Below are positions 55,884-64,000 of a stretch of 64,000 bases of DNA, piece by piece. The stretch's first letter is position 1. Each line of letters starts with the position of its first letter. The notes under the pieces are model-generated. The model searched no databases. It saw nothing but the letters and a program-made list of their open reading frames with translations, and was not told the DNA's origin. Origin of the DNA: Octopus sinensis (Eukaryota); NCBI RefSeq assembly GCF_006345805.1, contig NC_042997.1, positions 148,986,001-149,050,000 on the forward strand. Direction: 5' to 3'. The translations under genes and the position numbers were made by a program.

Positions 55884-57756
55884 TTAGAAGATCTACTATA
55901 ATTATATTATGATGTAAGTTTTCATGTTGATCATTATATATTCATTACACTTAATTTTAACACTGGGAGCGCGTTATCATCCCGGTAATGAAGCAGGATG
56001 CTGCGAAATTTACAAGGTTATTCAAACCATTCCCTGCGTGGAGACGTAATCCCAAGTCTGAAAAGCAATAGTATCGCACAGGAAAAGCTACAGCTATAGA
56101 AAAACAGAAGGAAGAGACACGTGTTCAAACCCATGAAGAGATTATTTCCTGATCCACAAAAGCAACAGAACAACGCAGTGGTAAAATGAAAAGTGATCTG
56201 AATATAAGTTACATAACTATTAGATATATTTCAGCATTCTCTCTGGTTAGTGAATTCTAATTCTATGAGGTATACCTATATTATCACTATAAACATTACT
56301 TACACCATTCAAGAAGAACATGTAACCATTAACTATATATCAGTTATATAGCTACATAAATACTCGATCACATCGAGATTTAAAATCAAGATAGAATGCA
56401 ACACAAGTTAGATTGCAGCTTTAAACTAGTATAGATGTTACTAATAATAAGCTAAATGAGCTATGTGTAGCAGTAATGAGGCATTTTAATTGAATGATGG
56501 GTATATTTTAAAGGAATGGTAGAGAATCCGCAAAATTAATAGCCATTGTTATAAGTAAACTCAAATACCCAGATAGAATACCATATTTTCAAAAATGAGA
56601 AAAGGATATTCTATTGTCAGACACCCAGTACATATTACTTACAATAGGGCTTGACAACCACTCGCATCTAGATAATATGAAAGAAGAATTTTCTATCATT
56701 AGAAACAAAATAAAAATATACAAGAAATTTTGATATAAAATTCAATTCTAGAAAGATAGATAACATATATACGATATTGGAAAGCTAAAATATATTAACG
56801 GGTAAGAGGAAAGCTGCTTCGTCGACAGTACGTAGTGAAAGGACATAAACAAATAACAAATCTGAAACGTCTCGTTATTCAGCTGAGAGGAAATTAGTTT
56901 CGATTGTGGCCTAAAAGCAATACGACATAATAATAAACTACTTAAACATATATTATACAAACTCATATTTTGCTTACGATTTTGTTCAGCTTCTGTAAAG
57001 AAAAAAGAGAAAAAAAACACAATTTATGTGGCTGTTCTTTTTCTGTATAAATTGTATATAAAACAAGCACGTCATGACTTATGTCATCTCTAATGATTTT
57101 GTAACTAGATGCTTTAATAAAAAATCAGAATACATACTGAAAACGTTTTAGAACAAATATACCGCAAATCGACTTGCAAGTTAAATATGAACATGAGGTC
57201 ACACACGGGAACATGATATTTCATAAACAGAAGAAAATTGCAAAAATAAAACTGGGCAAAATCACCGAATTTAACAAGGCAAAAGCTACCAAATCGGCGA
57301 TATTATTTGCTTCACCAGAAAAAAATAAAATATATTATGGTATAGAAATCGACATATATTTACAGTATAGAATAAAAGGGTTCGAAAAATCCTGATGCTG
57401 AAGCAGGTAAAGGTATATATAAATGTATAACTGAAACAAATATATAGAAATACAACTCTTAGGTGCTGCACACATATGAAACGTATATAATCTTCGCATA
57501 CATCAGAAATATTAAAAAAATAAATCTGAACACCTGTGGTACAAATTGATTCGCATTTTCAGAATTTAGCAAGAACCTGTAACATAATCGATAACGATGA
57601 TCAAGGCGGCGGCTGTAATAATGAGAAGGAAGAAAATAAAGCAAAGGAGGAGAAGGGTGCGAATGAAAAGATGAATGATAAAGATGAAGATGGGGAAAAT
57701 TGCAATAATGTTGGGATGATGCCGCTGCTTCTGCGGTTGGTGCTGTTGCTTATAGT

Positions 57757-57780
57757 GATGATGATGATGATGATGATGAC

Positions 57781-57811
<31 letters not shown>

Positions 57812-57820
57812 CTGTTGAAG

Positions 57821-57856
<36 letters not shown>
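57757..57856. repeat. (GAT)n microsatellite
   Basis: Direct reading; source of the poly-M/poly-I ORFs. Confidence 0.95.
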
Positions 57857-58858
57857 GGGATCACATTCGGTGATATTTCAGATTGAATGTTGTTCATGCA
57901 CATAACGAAGAGAATACTGATTACGATGATACAAAATTTCGCTTCCCACTAACCTCAGAAAGGCCGTATTCTATTGGTGATACCAGCAAAAGAACAAAAT
58001 AAAAAAAGGATTATTTTTTGTTTAACTAAAAACTGAATAAATTGAAATGAAGTAAATTGCGATGCACAATGGCAACACCTCCACAGAATGCAATTAACAT
58101 TGCACATCTGCAGATGTTTGAAAGTAACATGTTTTGGGCAGACCTTAAAAATAGTTGAGAATTTTTAAAGAATTAATTTCCAGAAAGTGTTTCAGTGTTG
58201 CAAATTTCATTAATTGCGCTGGCAGCATGCTGGAAATATTATTTTGATATCTGTTTTCAATTAATTTAATTACAATGGCAGATGATGCATTGCCTTTCTT
58301 TAAGTCAGACTTTCAAAAAAATAAATCTAAAAAAACCACAATTATTCACCCATTTTTAAACATTAATGTTCTGACCAGAATTTCACTCGTAAATTTCAAA
58401 CCTAGTCCGCATCAATAAGATTCCAAATGTATTTATATAAATTTATGTTGTTTTTAAATCTCATCGGAAAAATAAACCGCTGTGTATTTGCTACTGACTG
58501 CATTTAACGCTTACTCAAGTATTTCTGCTAGTTCGATAAATAATGTACGTTATAGGCATATCCAAGCGAGTTTTGATACACCCGTAATTCGGCAATGCAA
58601 CATGATATGATTTCTTCTTCTTCTGCTCGGTATGAGTTGGCATCGCTGTAGCATTTAATGATCACGAATACGTTTGGTATGCAAGTAATTTACTCAAACA
58701 CAGCGTTTTTGTTAATGAGCCAATTGGAATTAAATAAATATATGAAAGTATTTTTTAATTCCTAAGGAGATGCAATTGTTTCGGGATGTATGTTCTTAGT
58801 TGAAAAGTATAAGCATGAATAGAATAGAATAGACATGCATTTATACAGACACACATAC

Positions 58859-58949
<91 letters not shown>

Positions 58950-59027
58950 TGTGTGTTTGTGTATGTGTGTGTGTATACAGGTACGTATATTCATGCTTAT
59001 ACTTATATATATATATATATGGTGGGG

Positions 59028-59333
59028 GGGGGTCAATGGCCCAGTGGTTAGGGAAGCGGAGTCGCGGTCGTAGGATCACGCTTTCGATTCTCAGACCGGG
59101 CGTTGTGAGTGTTTATTGAGCGAGAACACCTGAAGTTCCACAAGGCTCTAGCAGGGAGTGGTGGCGATCCCGGCTGTACTCTTTCACTACTTTCTCTCCC
59201 TCTTTCTTCAGTTGGCCTGCTCGCTTATTCAGCGGGGTGACGTCATTTGAAGGCTAAAACAATGCGAAGCGCATTGTGACCAGCGATGTGTAGCAACATC
59301 TGAGAGCCTGGTCGATCACGGTGATCACGTTGA
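59028..59333 (+). mobile_element. tRNA-SINE family 2 (GTGATCACGT tail variant)
   Basis: CAATGGCCCAGTGGTTAGGGAAGCGGAGTCGCGG head; tail homologous to the 9767 copy. Confidence 0.9.
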
Positions 59334-59367
59334 TATATATATACATACACTTGTGTGTATATATATG

Positions 59368-59413
<46 letters not shown>

Positions 59414-59510
59414 GGAGTAAACACATAAATGTGAAAAAAGGTGGAAAAAAGAGTACTCAAATACCAGTGGTAGAGTAATATGCTTTATTTTAAGCAGCAG
59501 AAAATGCAAC

Positions 59511-59557
59511 AAAATCTGTTACTCTGAATTTCTCGTTGCCGTTCATCAGACAGTTTT
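59511..59557 (-). ncRNA. Minimal type I hammerhead ribozyme motif (inverted pseudo-LTR copy)
   Basis: AAAACTGT-CTGATGA-A-CG-GCAA-CG-A-GAAA-TTCAGAG-TA-ACAGATTTT. Confidence 0.7.
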
Positions 59558-59635
59558 TGCTAGAATGGAACCGATATATCAATTCAATCTATACTCTTAC
59601 AAACGCTACACCTTTAAAAAGAAATGGACTTGTTT

Positions 59636-60753
59636 ATACAGGTTTATATAGGGATGACGGCCTTATAGCCACGCATAATCTAAACGGCCATGAATCAGAT
59701 AGACTTAGGAAGGACCTCATAGCTTTCTTTCAAAGGATGGGCTTACGGGTTACGATAGATGCTAACCTGAATAGTGTAGATTTTTTAGACGTAAATTTTA
59801 ATGTAAGATCGGATAGATTTAAACCTTTCCGTAAGCCCAATGAAAAGCTATCGTATATTAGCAAAGATTCGAACCATCCACCAGTTATCCTTAGGAACTT
59901 AGTCAGCAATGTAGGTAGAAGAATATCTTCAATTTCTTCGGACGAGGCAGTATTCCATAATGCTGCACCTTATTACGATAGCGCATTAAAGAATAGTGGA
60001 TTCTCTGAGAAGATCCGGTTCAACCAGCTTAATGCTGATAATAATGCTGCACGAAGAACTAGGACCAGGAAAGTTTTGTGGTTCAACCCGGCTTTCAATT
60101 TGGCCGTAAAGACTAATATAGGTAAGGAATTTTTGAGATTAGTCTCTAAGCATTTTAAGCAGGGTCATAAATTCTATAGGATATTTAATAGAAGAACCCT
60201 GAAGGTTAGCTATTCTTGTTGCAGAAATTTCGCCTCTCACATTAGCCAACATAATAGGAAGCTAATTGAGATTAGACATGGTGCCGAGCCCATTAAGAAA
60301 TGCAATTGTAAAAACGAAAGCTCCTGTCCGTTAGAAGGGAAATGTCTAGTGAAAGGAGTAGTTTATAGAGCCAAGGTGCAAGTGGAAGGCTCATCAGAAT
60401 ACAAGATATACACAGGGGCTTCAGAAAATTCATTTAAAACAAGATTTTATTCTCATAAAAATTCATTTAAATACCCAGAGAATAGGAAGAAAACCAGCCT
60501 AGCAAAATATGTCTGGGAACTAAAAGAAAAGGAAGCCCCACCTTTCAACGTGACATGGAGCATTCTGGACAGGGCGGCACCATACAGGCATGGAGCATAC
60601 AAAAATAATTTCAAGTGCAAACTTTGTCTATTAGAAAAAATGTACATCTTATTCAAAGACAATAATTCTTTGAATCAAAGAAGTGAGCTAATGAACTTAT
60701 GTAGGCACGCGGCTAAATTTAAAATGTCGAATATAAAAATACCACATGGATAG
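59636..60753 (+). CDS. PLE RT C-terminal part, thumb and GIY-YIG endonuclease (open but 5'-truncated)
   Basis: GLYRDDGL, VDFLDV, KPFRKPN, SNHPP, CNC....CPLEGKC linker, VVYRAKV...IYTGASENSFKTRFYSH and CKLCLLEK...LNQRSEL...CRH. The first ~33 aa of the track ORF (from 59536) come from the inverted repeat. Confidence 0.9.
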
Positions 60754-61823
60754 AGTATATATTTTGTATTTTTGATTTTGATTTTGACTCTTGAACGATG
60801 AGCGCTACGATGGATTTTGTTTCCAAGCTATGCGGATCTTAATCCGTATAGCAAAGTCTTATGTTTCCACATATACATTAGGAAAAACCTCCGACTTTGT
60901 TTTCGTGTTATTGTATTGTATAGGATTACCTTGATTATTTATATTACCTTGATTATTTATAAATGATCCAAAATAGGATGTTATATTTTATTTTATATGT
61001 CTTTCGTATATATTTTTATTAATGCACCCATTTTTTTTAAAAAAGCAATGTTTTTTTTAAAAAAAGCAATGTTGTCAAAATTAGAATGTTGATGTGTATA
61101 GCAAAGGATATGTATTTGTAAGCATGCGTATCTGTGTATGTGTAAGTGAGAGTATGTTTGTGCTTAAGCACACACATACACGACTGTATGTATATGTATC
61201 CATTCGAACTTGTGCTTGTATACATGTCTCCATATATGCCAATAATGCCGTTACACAGCTTGTATACATAATGTTTTCTTATTTCGTTTTTTCCCCACCC
61301 CTCCTTCGTTCCTTTTTCTCTCTCTCCCTTTCTTTCGTTTCCCCCCCTTACTCAGTATATGAGAATCGCTACGTAGATGATTTTTAGCTTGCGTGCGAGA
61401 TGGTTTTGCGTGAATATATGTACACATGCATTTATGTGTATATTGAGATTTATATTCATACGTCTGTATATGAATGGCGATAGCGCGCATCCTTTTGTGT
61501 ATGTTGATATATATATATGTAAATTTTAATATAAATATGTATTGCAGTGTAATATTTATAACAGGTTTAATTTCTATGCATTAATTTGCACTTTCTTCAT
61601 TAACATCAATATGTATTTTATTCATTGTAAGGTTTTTTTCCTCGGATTTTATAATTTTTATAAGTTTTTTATATATATATACATATATTTTTGACCTTTT
61701 TGTTTATCGCTCGAAGATTGACCGTTTTTTTCTAAAGGGCCAATCAAACAAGTCCATTTCTTTTTAAAGGTGTAGCGTTTGTAAGAGTATAGATTGAATT
61801 GATATATCGGTTCCATTCTAGCA

Positions 61824-61870
61824 AAAACTGTCTGATGAACGGCAACGAGAAACTCAGAGTAACAGATTTT
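61824..61870 (+). ncRNA. Minimal type I hammerhead ribozyme motif in PLE 3' pseudo-LTR
   Basis: Stem I CTGT/ACAG (extended by AAAA/TTTT), core CTGATGA (61832-38), short stem II with GCAA loop, GAAA (61849-52), near-palindromic stem III ACTCAGAGT, GUA cleavage triplet (cut after 61861). Confidence 0.75.
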
Positions 61871-61989
61871 GTTGAATTTTCTGCTGCTTAAAATAAAGTA
61901 TATATATATATATATATATATACATACATATATACATTGACACATACATACATATACATAAAAAATTAGTGAATGAAGTAGATAAAAAT

Positions 61990-62330
61990 CCAAGCCACAT
62001 GTGTTTCATAGCTAACAGAGCATCGGGAGTTGTAATTATCCGTACGATGGGTTATTCTGTAGCCATTGGGCCAATGTGTAACTGGCAGATTACCCCTCAT
62101 TTTCATAATTACTACTTCTGATGTTCTGCTAGCTATGAAAAATATGTAGCCAGGATTCCATCTAATCCATTCCCTAAGTTGGCTTTCTATTCGCATACCA
62201 ATATCTGCTGCTAACCGTCTGCTATAAAGTAATATTTTCAGACTGTCCAAATTCTATACAGGAAAAACTTGCAACCTTCTACGTCAACAAGCCACTATTG
62301 TTCCTGAAAGTTATTTTCTATACTTTCTGC
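61990..62330 (-). mobile_element. Possible very decayed LINE RT fragment
   Basis: Minus strand gives GLDGI...F and G.LP..W-like motifs in broken frames. Weak. Confidence 0.25.
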
Positions 62331-63177
62331 GGACTACAGTATATTCCTTGGATCTTACCTTCGCTCTAACACTTTGATCTTACACGCACACACACACACA
62401 TATATGACCACAGTCATATGACTGAAACAAGTAACAAATAAAAGAACATATATATCTGCATTCTTAAGTACACGACTGAATATATAGCGTACTTGTATCT
62501 AAATTGTGTGTTATACTGAAATGTTAGCGTAGTTTCTCATATATTATATATATAACATGTTATTCCATGATGAAGATTCATAATAAGTATTTTATTACAG
62601 ACAGATATATGCTAGATATATTGGCTAAAATTATACAGGGCGCTGCCTGAGTGTTAAAGTAATACGATTGCTTATTGTTCATTCACCTGTGTTCGTCTTC
62701 TGTAAATTTTGAACTATATATATATGTATGCGTGTGCGTGCGTGTGTGTGCGCGTGTGTGTGTGTATGTGTGTGAGCAGTCCATTGATAGATTTTAGTTA
62801 ATATATTGCATTACATTTGGAAGTTAGCATCTCTAAAAACCAAACACACGCACATAAACACACACACTTATACACTATGTGACTGAGAAGCCAACTTCTA
62901 AACGCACTGACACGCCTCGCAATGGCCTTTGACTATTCAGCTGTTCTCTACTCTAAGCTAGATGTTGACATATTCGTATTTACTGCCCAATAAGAAATAT
63001 TTAGAAGGCTTGAATATTAAATGCCAATATCAATTCTAGCTCTACGTTTTATATTTTATGACCATATTAAATCCCTTATAAAAGATAAACTTTTAAGTTT
63101 TGTTCATTGAACCAGAACAAATGTCAATCTCATAATTTAGCATTGCAGAAAAGAAAGATGAAATATATTCTGATATG

Positions 63178-63341
63178 GCATAGGAGTGTCTCAGTGGCAA
63201 GTACCTTGTTTACCAACCACATGGTTCCGGGTTCAGTCCCATTGCGTGGCACCTTGGGCAAGTCTCTTCTAATATAGCCTCGGGCCGACCAAAGCCTTGT
63301 GAGTGGATTTGGTAGACGGAAACTGAAAGAAGACCGTTGTG

Positions 63342-63405
<64 letters not shown>

Positions 63406-63697
63406 TGTGTGTGTGAGAGTGTGTGTGTGCGTGTGTATGTTGGTGTGTGTGTATGTTTGTGTGTGTGTGTGTGTGTGTGTTTGTGTGTCTGTGTTTGTCC
63501 CCCCAACATCACTTGACATCCGATGTTGGTGTGTTTACGTCCCCATAACTTAGCGGTTCGGCAAAAGAGACCGATAGAATAAGTACTAAGCTTACAAAGA
63601 ATAAATCCTGGAGCCGAACTGCTCGACTACAGGCGGTGCGCAGCATGGCCACAGTCAAGTGACTGAAACAAGCAAAGGAGAAAACTAGTAAAAGAGT
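63178..63697 (+). mobile_element. tRNA-SINE family 1
   Basis: Same architecture as 2448 and 49441. Confidence 0.9.
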
Positions 63698-64000
63698 ATA
63701 TGCTTCTATAGTAATATCATTGAAGGATGGTCGGTGACTATTCATACGCACATGCTACTAATGAATTGAAATATTGCCTCTAAAATTTAAATTCACTCCC
63801 ACAACATCTTTCAGAAGGAAGTTTACATTCTTTATACTTACTGCCGTTGATATATCACTTGAAGAAGAAATACAAATTCCAATATTGAACACCTGCATTG
63901 TTTTTACAAATAAATTGAGAAACGTTGTTGCACGTTACCTAATACAGATAAAACTACTCTATCACTTAATAAAATGAAAAATCTCTTATATGATATATTA

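Larger units (their letters stand above)
59411..61898 (+). mobile_element. 5'-truncated Penelope-like element with inverted 5' pseudo-LTR
   Basis: 59483-59635 is the reverse complement of 61746-61898 (2 mismatches seen); RT and GIY-YIG ORF between them; (TA)n on both sides. Confidence 0.93.

Noticed and set aside
59536-60753. Naiad-type (N-terminal endonuclease, selenoprotein) PLE
   Set aside because: The endonuclease is C-terminal to the RT and there is no in-frame TGA.

Overview
AT-rich, microsatellite-dense animal genomic DNA with no host protein-coding exon that I can support. The tRNA-derived SINE families and repeat landscape look like an octopus (cephalopod) genome; that assignment is recognition/inference, not a database result. 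Almost all long ORFs in the track are microsatellite artefacts or retroelement/transposon remnants. Main contents: (1) a full-length but disabled R4/Dong-type restriction-like-endonuclease (RLE) non-LTR retrotransposon (21964-25927, -) and a near-identical 3' 1.06-kb copy (26288-27350, +), each in a (TAA)n tract; (2) a 5'-truncated Penelope-like element (PLE) with RT/GIY-YIG ORF, inverted pseudo-LTR and minimal hammerhead ribozyme motifs (59411-61898); (3) many short PLE-type fold-back insertions in (TA)n; (4) a CR1/L2-type RT fragment; (5) Tc1, mariner and hAT remnants, a fold-back MITE and a Helentron/HINE-like element; (6) at least three tRNA-SINE families. The most notable structures are a mirror-symmetric nested locus at 20.5-28.3 kb built on a tRNA-head/(TAA)n/hammerhead short element, and a PLE-associated inverted copy of 589 bp of flanking DNA at 38.4-40.3 kb.
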